Made by a program: the position numbers and the translations under genes. From positions 715 through 64,714 of the forward strand of contig CAXSBZ010000002.1 of NCBI GenBank assembly GCA_964236465.1: 64,000 bases of DNA, read 5' to 3'. Positions 36,950 through 46,492 of this stretch are shown one piece after another. A model generated the notes under the pieces. The model was not told the DNA's origin. It searched no databases and saw only the letters and a program-made list of their open reading frames with translations. This DNA is from an uncultured Sphingobacteriaceae bacterium (GTDB lineage: Bacteria > Bacteroidota > Bacteroidia > Sphingobacteriales > Sphingobacteriaceae). Numbering within the stretch: position 1 is the first letter of the stretch; each line of letters starts with the position of its first letter.

Positions 36950-38164
36950 TTAATCTGCTGGTTCTAAATCAGAGTGAACCCAGTAATCGCTTAAAAAACC
37001 TTCATCCTGCATATACATCTGGCCTTTTTTAATTTGCCTTTCAGTAAGGTGATTTAATTGTGTTCCTAAATGCTGATCATAATTGCAGATGATAATCCGA
37101 TCCAGTTCATCAGCATCTAAAATATTTAAAACTTGCGGTGAATGTGTTGTTAAAATGATTTGCTTTTCTCTGGATTGCTCTTTTATGAAAAGCATTAACT
37201 TGTGTAGTTGGTGTGGATGAATGCCAAGTTCGGGTTCTTCGAAAAGAATAATTCTTTTTCGCCTTTCTGAAACAGAATTTTCTCGGTTAGAATTAAATAA
37301 CATTATGTCAGAAAGATCATAACTTGTTATTTCAGAAATGATATAGAATAAACGCTTTGTTCCATCTGATAAATTATCATATGGAACCCATTCACTATTT
37401 ATATTAAATTCCAAGTAAAGATTTTTAATATCTATTCTTTTGTTTTCGTTACTAAAGTATAAATTAAAATTTGGGCTAATGCGAATTTTTTTTATATCAG
37501 TATAATCAGCTAATAGCATAGATACATTTACAAGAAATTCATCAATATCTAAAACGTGTTTTTCTATTTCTTTAATATCCAATTCATCTTTTTTAGATAG
37601 TTGACTAATTATTTTAAAATATATTGAAAATGAAAACAAACTTTCTCCCTTAAAGGTTGATATTTGAGGTCTAAAGCCATTAAATGTATAGGAAATAGAA
37701 GTAGGTGTATCAACAATTTCTTGTTCAATTGGTATTCCAAACTTGAGGAAGTAGGGCTTATAGTTCAACCTCCATCTTATTATATCTAAAATTGGATCAT
37801 TAACACTTGTAAATTCTTCTTCTTTTTCACCTAAAACAATTAATTTGATAATAGGATTATTTCTTTTTTTGAAATCTTGAACCTCTAATAAATCTCTTTC
37901 ATTTTCTTCAATTATGAATTTGTGTTCTTTTTCATCCACAAGTAAGATTTCAGCTTTATAAGAGTTTAAATTCTCGAAGTCAAAGTTAAGTACGTTAGCT
38001 AAGAACTTAAGAAAGTTAGTTTTGCCAGAACCGTTTTGACCAATAATAATATTTAGTCCCGATCGAAAATTAGTCTGAGTATCAATAATAGATTTGTAAT
38101 TCTGTAACCTAACCTCTTTTAAAAATACTTCAGCATCCTGATTTGCTTTTTTAGCTTCATTCAT
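36950..38164 (-). CDS. ABC/AAA_15-AAA_21-type ATPase (OLD/AriA/AbiLi-like)
   Basis: ATG at 38164. Walker A GQNGSGKT, an ABC-signature-like LSDGTKRLF, Walker B IILFEEPELGIHP and H-loop ILTTHSP, with a long insert between the Walker motifs. Very AT-rich. Confidence 0.8.
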   Translation of the reverse strand: MNEAKKANQDAEVFLKEVRLQNYKSIIDTQTNFRSGLNIIIGQNGSGKTNFLKFLANVLNFDFENLNSYKAEILLVDEKEHKFIIEENERDLLEVQDFKKRNNPIIKLIVLGEKEEEFTSVNDPILDIIRWRLNYKPYFLKFGIPIEQEIVDTPTSISYTFNGFRPQISTFKGESLFSFSIYFKIISQLSKKDELDIKEIEKHVLDIDEFLVNVSMLLADYTDIKKIRISPNFNLYFSNENKRIDIKNLYLEFNINSEWVPYDNLSDGTKRLFYIISEITSYDLSDIMLFNSNRENSVSERRKRIILFEEPELGIHPHQLHKLMLFIKEQSREKQIILTTHSPQVLNILDADELDRIIICNYDQHLGTQLNHLTERQIKKGQMYMQDEGFLSDYWVHSDLEPAD

Positions 38165-38197
38165 AACAATCAAAAATACGATTTAGCTTTATAATCA

Positions 38198-39085
38198 CTA
38201 AACATATTTCTTCAACGCACTCTTCACCTGCCCCAAATAGCCCGTTCCAAACAAATTCAAATACAGCAACAACGGATATAAATTCCACAAATCCACACGT
38301 TGCTGCCAGCCTTGTTGCAAGGAAAATCCTTCTTGGTAAGCTTGATAAAAATCAGCACTGAAACCACCAAAAAGATGTGTCATGGCCAAATCAAACTCGC
38401 GGAAACCGAAACTTACAGCCGGATCAATTAAATAAGGCTGTCCTTCACTGCTGATTAAATAATTGCCGCCCCATAAATCGCCGTGAATCAAGGCTGGTTT
38501 CTCTTCCTCAAAAAACCCGCCCAGCTTTTGGTATAATTTCTCAAAATCCGACACCAATTTTAGGTCAATAAAAGAAGCATCGAAAGCTAATTTCACCATC
38601 GGTTTCAAGCGTTCTTCTACAAAAAACGATTTCCAAGTTTGATGTTTTTGGTTCGATTGCGGCAAAGAACCCATGTAATTATCCTTTTCAAAACCGAAAT
38701 TCGGAGCAGTATTTTGGTGTAGTTGCGCCAATTGCAAACCTAATACTTGCATGGAAGCAGCTGTTTTTGTTCCGGTTTCGATGTATTCCATCAGCAAAAA
38801 ACTGTTGTAACCAATATGCCCGGTTGCAATTACTTCCGGCACCGCAACCGTTTTTGTTTTTCGGATCGCTTCCAAACCTTCCGCTTCCAATTCAAACATC
38901 TTCGGAAACTGCTGTGCATTGTTCAGCTTTAAAATGAAAAAACCTACAGCGGTTTGCAAACGATAAACTTCATTGATGCTGCCGCCCGAAACTTCGGTAA
39001 TTTCATGAATGCTGCTTTTACCGCCTAAGTTTTCGTGTAAAACCTGTTCCAGTTCAATCTTAAATTCTGCTGTAAAACTTTTCAT
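38198..39085 (-). CDS. fructosamine kinase family protein
   Basis: 295 aa. The [10 protein letters not shown] nucleotide-binding region and [10 protein letters not shown] catalytic loop are typical of the FN3K/YniA family. Confidence 0.8.
   Translation of the reverse strand: MKSFTAEFKIELEQVLHENLGGKSSIHEITEVSGGSINEVYRLQTAVGFFILKLNNAQQFPKMFELEAEGLEAIRKTKTVAVPEVIATGHIGYNSFLLMEYIETGTKTAASMQVLGLQLAQLHQNTAPNFGFEKDNYMGSLPQSNQKHQTWKSFFVEERLKPMVKLAFDASFIDLKLVSDFEKLYQKLGGFFEEEKPALIHGDLWGGNYLISSEGQPYLIDPAVSFGFREFDLAMTHLFGGFSADFYQAYQEGFSLQQGWQQRVDLWNLYPLLLYLNLFGTGYLGQVKSALKKYV
38557..38580 (-). repeat. full 24-nt family-1 repeat embedded in frame inside the fructosamine kinase CDS
   Basis: The plus strand reads ATTTTAGGTCAATAAAAGAAGCAT. 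In gene orientation it is GAT GCT TCT TTT ATT GAC CTA AAA T, translated D-A-S-F-I-D-L-K. Confidence 0.85.
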
Positions 39086-39141
39086 TTTTCTACGTTAAAA
39101 ACCCGTCAAAATAATACCCAAGAATTACGCCTTCAAAACGC

Positions 39142-39149
39142 TATTTTTG
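39142..39149 (+). promoter_or_regulatory. possible Bacteroidota -7 promoter box (TATTTTTG = TAnnTTTG)
   Basis: Matches the TAnnTTTG consensus 8 nt upstream of the lepA ATG. No clear -33 TTG is visible. Confidence 0.3.
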
Positions 39150-39157
39150 CGGTTCAA

Positions 39158-40945
39158 ATGAAGCACATCCGCAATTTCTGTATCATCGCACACATCGATC
39201 ATGGTAAAAGTACCCTGGCCGATCGGCTGCTCGAATATACCAACACTGTTTCTAAACGGGAATCGCAGGCCCAATTGCTGGACGATATGGACTTGGAACG
39301 CGAACGTGGAATCACCATCAAAAGCCACGCCATCCAAATGGATTACGTGCTGGACGGTCAGCCTTATGTTTTAAACCTGATTGATACGCCCGGCCACGTT
39401 GATTTTTCGTACGAAGTTTCCCGTTCCATTGCTGCCTGCGAAGGTGCGCTGCTGATTGTTGACGCTTCGCAGGGCATCCAAGCGCAAACGATTTCCAACT
39501 TGTATCTGGCTTTGGAAAACGACCTGGAAATTATTCCGGTTTTAAATAAAATGGATTTGCCGGGCGCGATGCCGGAAGAAGTGAAAGACCAGATTGTAGA
39601 TTTGATTGGTTGCAAACGTGAAGATATTTTGGCTGCTTCGGGCAAAACCGGTTTAGGTGTGCTTGAGATTTTGAAAGCTATTATTGATCGCGTTCCGGCT
39701 CCGGTTGGCGATCCTGACGCGCCTTTGCAAGCGTTGATTTTCGACTCGGTTTACAATTCTTTCCGCGGTATTATTGCTTATTACAAAGTGGTAAACGGCG
39801 AAATCCGAAAAAATACCAAAGTAAAATTTATGGCTACCGGCAAAGAATATATTGCTGATGAAGTTGGAACTTTAAAGCTCACCCAACTGCCAAAAGATGT
39901 GATCAAAACCGGCGATGTCGGCTACATTATTTCGGGCATAAAAGAAGCACGCGAAGTTAAAGTTGGTGATACGATTACGTTGATTGAACGTCCGGCAGCC
40001 ATCGGCATCCAGGGTTTTGAAGAAGTAAAGCCCATGGTTTTTGCCGGAATTTATCCGGTAGATACCGACGAATATGAAGAACTTCGCGAAAGCATGGCCA
40101 AGTTGCAGCTGAACGATGCTTCGCTGGTTTTTGAGCCGGAATCTTCTGCGGCTTTGGGTTTCGGTTTCCGTTGCGGTTTTCTGGGGATGCTGCACATGGA
40201 AATCATCCAGGAACGTTTGGAGCGAGAGTTCGATATGACCGTGATTACCACCGTTCCCAATGTTTCTTATTTGGCTTTTACCACCAGAGGCGAAGAATTA
40301 CAAGTTCATAACCCTTCTGATTTACCTGATCCGAGCAAGCTGGATTTTGTGGAAGAGCCTTATATCAAAGCAAATATCATTACCAAATCAGAATTTGTTG
40401 GCCCGGTAATGTCGCTTTGTATCCAAAAACGCGGTACAATTGTCAATCAATCTTATTTGACGGCTGACCGTGTAGAACTGATTTTTGAATTGCCAATGGG
40501 CGAAATTGTATTTGATTTTTACGATAAACTCAAAACGATTTCCAAAGGTTATGCTTCTTTTGATTACACACAAATCGGTTACCGCCAGTCGGATTTGGTG
40601 CGATTAGATATCCGCTTAAACGGCGAACCGGTTGATGCTTTGTCTTCTTTGATCCACCGCAGCAATTCTTACGATTTTGGTAAGAAAATCTGCGAAAAAC
40701 TGAAAGAATTGATTCCGCGCCAGCAGTTTGAAATTATTGTTCAGGCTTCCATCGGTGCCAAAATCATCGCCCGCGAAACCGTAAAAGCTTTGCGTAAAGA
40801 TGTAACGGCGAAATGTTATGGCGGCGATATTTCGCGTAAACGGAAGTTGCTGGAAAAACAGAAAAAAGGTAAAAAACGAATGCGCCAGGTGGGTAATGTG
40901 GAAATCCCGCAATCGGCGTTTATGGCGGTGCTGAAATTAGATTGA
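39158..40945 (+). CDS. lepA: translation elongation factor 4
   Basis: 595 aa. [28 protein letters not shown] and NKMD GTPase motifs, plus the characteristic LepA C-terminal domain. Confidence 0.95.
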   Translation: MKHIRNFCIIAHIDHGKSTLADRLLEYTNTVSKRESQAQLLDDMDLERERGITIKSHAIQMDYVLDGQPYVLNLIDTPGHVDFSYEVSRSIAACEGALLIVDASQGIQAQTISNLYLALENDLEIIPVLNKMDLPGAMPEEVKDQIVDLIGCKREDILAASGKTGLGVLEILKAIIDRVPAPVGDPDAPLQALIFDSVYNSFRGIIAYYKVVNGEIRKNTKVKFMATGKEYIADEVGTLKLTQLPKDVIKTGDVGYIISGIKEAREVKVGDTITLIERPAAIGIQGFEEVKPMVFAGIYPVDTDEYEELRESMAKLQLNDASLVFEPESSAALGFGFRCGFLGMLHMEIIQERLEREFDMTVITTVPNVSYLAFTTRGEELQVHNPSDLPDPSKLDFVEEPYIKANIITKSEFVGPVMSLCIQKRGTIVNQSYLTADRVELIFELPMGEIVFDFYDKLKTISKGYASFDYTQIGYRQSDLVRLDIRLNGEPVDALSSLIHRSNSYDFGKKICEKLKELIPRQQFEIIVQASIGAKIIARETVKALRKDVTAKCYGGDISRKRKLLEKQKKGKKRMRQVGNVEIPQSAFMAVLKLD

Positions 40946-41034
40946 TAAAAGAAGTAACAAGTATTTAGTATTTGGTATCAAGATGTCTGAATGCTGCCTT
41001 GCTACTAAATATTTGCTACTAAATACTCCTTAAA

Positions 41035-41916
41035 ATGCAAATCCTCGACGGCAAATACGTTTCCGAAAAACTCAAAATAGAAATCGCGCAGGAAGCTGCC
41101 GAACTTTTGGCAAAAACTGGCCGCAAACCACATTTGGTAGCGGTTTTAGTTGGACACGATGGCGGCAGCGAAACTTACGTGGCCAGCAAAATGCGCAACT
41201 GTGAAAAAGTAGGTTTCCAATCTTCTTTAGTTCGTTACGAAGATGATGTATCCGAAGAAGAATTATTGCAAAAAGTAGCCGAACTAAATGCTGATGCCGG
41301 CATAGACGGAATCATTGTGCAATTGCCTTTACCTAAACATATCGACCCAGAAAAAGTAACCGAAAAAACTGATCACCGCAAAGATGTGGATGGTTTTCAT
41401 CCGTTAAATCTGGGAAGAATGCAGCGCAATCTGCCATCTTTTATTCCGGCAACGCCTTACGGAATCATGATGCTATTGGAGGAATACGGCATCGAAACTT
41501 CCGGCAAACATTGTGTGGTGGTTGGCCGAAGCAATATTGTGGGTTCGCCGATGAGTATTTTGATGGCGCGAAATGCCAGTCCCGGCAATTGCACAGTTAC
41601 GATGTGCCACAGCCGCACGCCGGATATTAAAAAGTTTACGTTAGATGCTGATATTTTGATCGTTGCCATCGGCAAAAAGAATTTTATCACCGCTGATATG
41701 GTGAAAGACGGCGTCGTTGTGATTGACGTAGGCATGAACCGTGAAACTTCAACCCAAACCAAATCCGGTTATAAACTTTTTGGTGATGTTGATTTTGAAA
41801 ACGTGGCGCCAAAAGCTTCGTGGATCACGCCGGTTCCTGGCGGCGTTGGTTTGATGACAATTATCGGTTTGTTGAAAAATACATTGGCTTCGGCACGAAA
41901 AGAAATCTATCCTTGA
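41035..41916 (+). CDS. folD: bifunctional methylenetetrahydrofolate dehydrogenase/methenyl-THF cyclohydrolase
   Basis: 293 aa with [33 protein letters not shown] and TPVPGGVG blocks. Confidence 0.95.
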   Translation: MQILDGKYVSEKLKIEIAQEAAELLAKTGRKPHLVAVLVGHDGGSETYVASKMRNCEKVGFQSSLVRYEDDVSEEELLQKVAELNADAGIDGIIVQLPLPKHIDPEKVTEKTDHRKDVDGFHPLNLGRMQRNLPSFIPATPYGIMMLLEEYGIETSGKHCVVVGRSNIVGSPMSILMARNASPGNCTVTMCHSRTPDIKKFTLDADILIVAIGKKNFITADMVKDGVVVIDVGMNRETSTQTKSGYKLFGDVDFENVAPKASWITPVPGGVGLMTIIGLLKNTLASARKEIYP

Positions 41917-41925
41917 TGAACTTTT

Positions 41926-42324
41926 ATGAATAAAATACCTTTGCTTGTTAGTTTAATAAGTTTGCATTTAACTAACTCTTATGGTCAATTTATAGAAAAG
42001 AACAAATCATTTTCCAATAATTATTCGAAGATTGAAAAGCATATCATTGACATAATTGCAAATTTGCCAGAGGTTAGAAAAAGATCTTATTACGTAAAAA
42101 GTCAGACAAAAAACAAAAGACATATTCGGATAGTAATTTGGCAAAAACCAACGATAGAACATAAATATTATTGGGTAAAAGTTATGGAGGATAATGGTAT
42201 GAGTTATTATACCCACTTCAATTTTTTTATTTACCCAAAAAACTTTTCAATTAAATATTTTGATACTTCAAATGATACAGAGTTAACTCTTGAAAATTGG
42301 CGTAAATCGTCAAACTATAAATAA
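41926..42324 (+). CDS. hypothetical secreted protein (orphan, AT-rich)
   Basis: 132-aa ORF with an N-terminal hydrophobic segment. No recognisable family. It is followed by a repeat cluster. Confidence 0.4.
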   Translation: MNKIPLLVSLISLHLTNSYGQFIEKNKSFSNNYSKIEKHIIDIIANLPEVRKRSYYVKSQTKNKRHIRIVIWQKPTIEHKYYWVKVMEDNGMSYYTHFNFFIYPKNFSIKYFDTSNDTELTLENWRKSSNYK

Positions 42325-42388
42325 GACTTTTAGTAAAGAAATCTATCCTTAAAAATAGGTGGTAAAAGAAGCATCGTTTTTTGCCCAT

Positions 42389-42580
42389 TGTCATGCCGAA
42401 CTTGTTTCGGTATCTTACTATAAAAGTTCTTAATTTGCCTAAGTAATTTTGAAACAAGTTCAGAATGACAAATTTTGCGTTGTCATTTCGACCGTAGGGA
42501 GAAATCCTATTTCAACTATAAAAGTTTCTTTTTCGCTTCGATGAAGATCTCTCCCTACGGTCGGGATGACAGAAAAGCTG
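42389..42580. repeat. cluster of hairpin repeats: two family-3 units (42389-42415, 42452-42478) and a family-2 inverted pair (42492-42517, 42555-42580)
   Basis: TGTCATGCCGAACTTGTTTCGGTATC and GAAACAAGTTCAGAATGACA belong to family 3. GTCATTTCGACCGTAGGGAGAAATCC and AGATCTCTCCCTACGGTCGGGATGAC belong to family 2. Confidence 0.8.
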
Positions 42581-42609
42581 GATCACAACAAAAGCGAGTC
42601 AATAAAAAA

Positions 42610-42939
42610 TCAAAACAAATGCCACCGCTTTTTCACTTGCACATAAATCCCGTCTTGGCGCATTTCCACCGGAAAAACATCAATATAATCACCTTGTCCG
42701 GCTGCGCCTTTTCCGGTTTCTAGATTGTATTGATAACGGTGTAGCGGACAAATAATTTGTCCGTTTTCGCACCAGCCGCCAGCCAGTTCGCCTCCAGCGT
42801 GCGGACATTTTGAAGAAACTGCATATAGTTCTCCTTCAAAACCAACTAAACAAATATTTTGGTTTCCGACTTTGATTTTTCGGATGAATGCTTCTTTTAC
42901 CGGTATATTTTCGGCAACTTTTATCCATTCCAACATCAA
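42610..42939 (-). CDS. Rieske [2Fe-2S] domain protein (NirD-like size)
   Basis: 109 aa. CPHAGG and CPLHRYQY form the CxH...CxxH Rieske ligand pattern. Confidence 0.8.
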   Translation of the reverse strand: MMLEWIKVAENIPVKEAFIRKIKVGNQNICLVGFEGELYAVSSKCPHAGGELAGGWCENGQIICPLHRYQYNLETGKGAAGQGDYIDVFPVEMRQDGIYVQVKKRWHLF

Positions 42940-43703
42940 TATTCTACTTTTAAATTCAGCAGCTGCGGCGTTTTTACGATTTCCTCCAAAGTGCTGTTCA
43001 AAGTCAGCTGCTTTTTGTCCGGAGAAAGTTTTGCACGTACATTTCCGGCCTTTTTTACCGGCCGCGGAAAACGCATTGTTATGCTGTAAGGCATTTCAAT
43101 CAGTGCAGCTTTTGCCATATTAAACATGGCTTCGTTTTGCTTAAAATATTTCCTGAACTTCACCGTATCCACTTTTCGGGTAAAATGCTTGCTGCCGATG
43201 TCGTAATTAAAATAATCTTCGTTGATGCCTAAGCCTCCACTGCTTGCTCCGGTTTGCATTACCTGAGGTTCGCTGATTAACTGTCCGATTTTTTGCTGCT
43301 GCGCAATGTTGGAAATATGCGTTAAAAAATATTTTACTTCCTTGGCGCTCTTGGCTTCGTACTGCACATTAACCAGCATCTGGTTATTTTTTAGGTTCAT
43401 TTTCAGGTGCAGCAGTGTAGCACGGGACAAATCAGTCTGGTCATTACTTAGTTTTTTTCGTTCGGCTTCTGTTAAATCACTATAAAAATTAATAGCTGTA
43501 TCCTTCTGCATCAAATACGAGGGTGTTTGCTTTACCGAATCCGGCAGCAAGTTGGAAAGCACAGAAACCGCCTTGCCCAAATTAAAACGGTAATCGATTT
43601 TGCAGGCACCATTTTTCTGAAAAACGTAATGCTCCTCCACGTTCATACACGAAAAAAGTAGTGATAAAAGAAGCATCAACATTCCAAAGTAAAGTTTCTT
43701 CAT
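42936..43703 (-). CDS. hypothetical lipoprotein
   Basis: Start at MKKLYFGMLMLLLSLLFSC (lipobox). No recognisable family. Overlaps the Rieske gene by 4 nt. Confidence 0.5.
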   Translation of the reverse strand: MKKLYFGMLMLLLSLLFSCMNVEEHYVFQKNGACKIDYRFNLGKAVSVLSNLLPDSVKQTPSYLMQKDTAINFYSDLTEAERKKLSNDQTDLSRATLLHLKMNLKNNQMLVNVQYEAKSAKEVKYFLTHISNIAQQQKIGQLISEPQVMQTGASSGGLGINEDYFNYDIGSKHFTRKVDTVKFRKYFKQNEAMFNMAKAALIEMPYSITMRFPRPVKKAGNVRAKLSPDKKQLTLNSTLEEIVKTPQLLNLKVEY

Positions 43704-43848
43704 GCAAGTTGTTTTTGGGGGTAATGATACAAATATGCAGTATTTATTAAACTGAATGTCAGGAAATTTAATCGCCAAAAACCAATACAAGCTGAATGTT
43801 TATATTTGCGACTTGGAACTGACATTCGCACAACCGGCAACCGATACG

Positions 43849-44442
43849 ATGCTTCCTTTAATGGAAGAATTTTATACCATTCAGGGTGAAGGGTTTAACA
43901 CTGGCAAGGCTGCCTATTTTATCCGTTTGGGCGGATGCGATGTGGGCTGCCCCTGGTGTGATGTAAAAGAAAGCTGGGATGCCAATCAGCATCCGCTAAC
44001 TTCTGCGGATACAATTGTGGACAATGCCGGAAAATATCCCGCAAAAGCAGTTGTAATTACCGGTGGCGAACCGTTGATTTATAACCTGGATTATCTGACT
44101 TCGGAACTGAAAAAAGAAGGGATCAAAACTTTTATTGAAACTTCCGGCGCGTACCCGATTTCCGGTTTTTGGGATTGGATTTGTCTTTCCCCCAAAAAAT
44201 TTAAACCGCCAACGCCTTCTGTTTTGGCTGCTGCGGATGAACTGAAAGTGATCGTTTTTAACCAATCCGATTTTAAATGGGCCGAAGAACACGCGGCTTT
44301 GGTTTCTCCTGCTTGCAAATTATACCTGCAACCGGAATGGTCCAAAGCTTCTATCGTTACGCCGATGATTGTGGATTATGTGATGCAAAACCCAAAATGG
44401 GAAGTTTCCTTGCAAACGCATAAATATTTGAACATTCCGTAA
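43849..44442 (+). CDS. queE: 7-carboxy-7-deazaguanine synthase (radical SAM)
   Basis: Start at MLPLMEEFYTIQGEG. GGCDVGCPWCD is the CxxxCxxC cluster. At 197 aa it matches Bacteroidota QueE in length. Confidence 0.85.
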   Translation: MLPLMEEFYTIQGEGFNTGKAAYFIRLGGCDVGCPWCDVKESWDANQHPLTSADTIVDNAGKYPAKAVVITGGEPLIYNLDYLTSELKKEGIKTFIETSGAYPISGFWDWICLSPKKFKPPTPSVLAAADELKVIVFNQSDFKWAEEHAALVSPACKLYLQPEWSKASIVTPMIVDYVMQNPKWEVSLQTHKYLNIP

Positions 44443-44478
44443 AGAAATCTCTAACTTGGTTTCGTATAAACCCTTGTG

Positions 44479-46371
44479 ATGCGAAAACTGTGGATGCTTC
44501 TTTTATGCCTTAATTTTTCTGCTTTTGCCCAAAAGCAATTTTCAACCAATAACAAAGAAGCGATTAAATTTTATGCCCTGGCCAATGAAAGTATTAATTA
44601 CCAACAATACGATCAGGCCATTGCGCAATTAAACCAGGCGATTGCAGCGGATGAACAGTTTGCAGAAGCGCACAACCAGCTGGGCAATGTGTATCGGTAC
44701 AAACACCGGAATGCCGAAGCTTTTACAGAATTTACGCGGACGATTGCCCTCAACCCAAACTATAACCACGCGGTTTATTTAAATTTAGGTGATGTGGATT
44801 TGATGCTTGGCAAATATGCGGAAGCGAAAACTGTGTTGCAGCAATATCTGGCTTTCAATGAAATTTTGCCGAAAGATCGAGCCAATGCACAAAAGCTTTT
44901 GGTAGATTGTGATTTCAGTTTACAGGCAGTTCAGCATCCGGTTGATTTTAAGCCTGTTAACTTAGGAAATGCCGTTAATTCTTCTGCGGATGAATACTTG
45001 CCAAACGTTACCGCGGATGAAAGTACGCTGATTTTTACCCGAAAAATTGGCAGTAATGAAGATTTTTACATCAGCAAAAAAATCAATGGGCAATGGGGAA
45101 ACGCTGTTGGTTTGAGCAATAAGATCAATACGCCAGAATTTAATGAAGGTGCGCAATCGCTTACGCAAGATGGTCAATATCTGTTTTTTACGGGTTGCAA
45201 CCGGCCGGATGGGCGCGGCCGCTGCGACATATTTTTATCCCATAAAAACAGTACTGACTGGGATAAACCGTTTAACCTGGGCGAACCGATCAATACGCCG
45301 GGCTGGGAATCCCAGCCTTCAATCAGTGCCGATGGGCGGACGTTGTATTTTGTGAGTTTGCGCAAAGGCGGTTATGGCGGATATGACATTTGGAAATCGC
45401 ATCTAACGGACAAAGGCTGGGCTGAACCGGAAAATTTGGGTCCAAATATCAACACACCTTACGATGAACAGTCGCCATTTATCCATCCTGACGATCAAAC
45501 GCTGTATTTTAACTCTAACGGCTGGCCGGGTTTGGGTGGAAAAGATTTGTTTTTGAGCCGGAAAGACAAGGATGGCAAATGGCAAAAACCTGAAAACTTA
45601 GGTTATCCGATCAATACAGGAGGTGATGAAAATGGTTTAACACTTACTGCCAATGGTAGTTATGCTTTCTTCTCTTCCAACAATTTGAAAGGTGCCGGCG
45701 GCTATGATATTTACACGTTTGAGCTGCCCGAAAAGCTGCGTCCAACTGTGGTAACTTATGTAAAAGGCACGGTAAAAGATGCACGCAGCAAACAGGCGAT
45801 TGATGCCGATGTGCAGATTGTAGATTTGAAAACCAACCAGCTCATTTTTCAAAATGTGAATGCGCTGAACCAGGGAAATTTTTTGGCTACGCTGCCAACC
45901 GGCAAAGATTATGGGTTGAATATTTCCAGGCCGGGCTACTTGTTTTATTCTGAAAACTTCTCGCTGAGCGGCCAAAATGCTGGAAAGCCGTTTGTGATTG
46001 ATGTGGCTTTGCAGGCGATTGAAGCCGGTAAAAAATCGGTGTTGCGGAATATTTTTTTCGATACCAATAAATTTACGCTGAAGTCGGAATCAAAATCTGA
46101 ACTGGAAAAACTGATTGCTTTTTTAAACCTCAACCCAAAAGTAACGATCGAAATTTCCGGTTTTACTGATAATGTGGGCGATGCAAAATCGAACCAAATT
46201 TTGTCGGAAAATCGTGCAAAAGCAGTTTATCAGTATTTAATTACCAATAAAGTTTTGCCGGCAAAGCTGACTTTTAAAGGTTATGGCGCGATGCAGTTTA
46301 TCGCCCCAAATACAACTGAAGAAGGCCGTAGCAGAAATAGAAGAACGGAATTTAAAATTGTTTCTTTTTAG
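44479..46371 (+). CDS. OmpA-family outer-membrane/peptidoglycan-associated protein with TPR and TolB-like (PD40) repeats
   Basis: About 630 aa with a signal peptide, TPR-like N-terminus and repeated PD40-type blocks (E..P.IS.DG..LYF). The C-terminal OmpA motif is FDTNKF...NRAKAV...RRTEF. Confidence 0.85.
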   Translation: MRKLWMLLLCLNFSAFAQKQFSTNNKEAIKFYALANESINYQQYDQAIAQLNQAIAADEQFAEAHNQLGNVYRYKHRNAEAFTEFTRTIALNPNYNHAVYLNLGDVDLMLGKYAEAKTVLQQYLAFNEILPKDRANAQKLLVDCDFSLQAVQHPVDFKPVNLGNAVNSSADEYLPNVTADESTLIFTRKIGSNEDFYISKKINGQWGNAVGLSNKINTPEFNEGAQSLTQDGQYLFFTGCNRPDGRGRCDIFLSHKNSTDWDKPFNLGEPINTPGWESQPSISADGRTLYFVSLRKGGYGGYDIWKSHLTDKGWAEPENLGPNINTPYDEQSPFIHPDDQTLYFNSNGWPGLGGKDLFLSRKDKDGKWQKPENLGYPINTGGDENGLTLTANGSYAFFSSNNLKGAGGYDIYTFELPEKLRPTVVTYVKGTVKDARSKQAIDADVQIVDLKTNQLIFQNVNALNQGNFLATLPTGKDYGLNISRPGYLFYSENFSLSGQNAGKPFVIDVALQAIEAGKKSVLRNIFFDTNKFTLKSESKSELEKLIAFLNLNPKVTIEISGFTDNVGDAKSNQILSENRAKAVYQYLITNKVLPAKLTFKGYGAMQFIAPNTTEEGRSRNRRTEFKIVSF

Positions 46372-46468
46372 GGGAAATTAAAGCCGATGCTTCTTTTACA
46401 GGTGTTTTTTCAGTACGATTTTATATGGGTAAAAGAAGCATTTGCACTTATTTAAAGTCCAACTGCAA

Positions 46469-46492
46469 ATGCTTCTTTTATCGGCCTAATTT
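46469..46492 (+). repeat. family-1 repeat ATGCTTCTTTTATCGGCCTAATTT overlapping the recQ stop codon
   Basis: Exact 14-mer core. The CTA at 46486-46488 is the reverse complement of the recQ TAG stop. Two more copies lie at 46387-46400 and 46417-46441. Confidence 0.9.
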
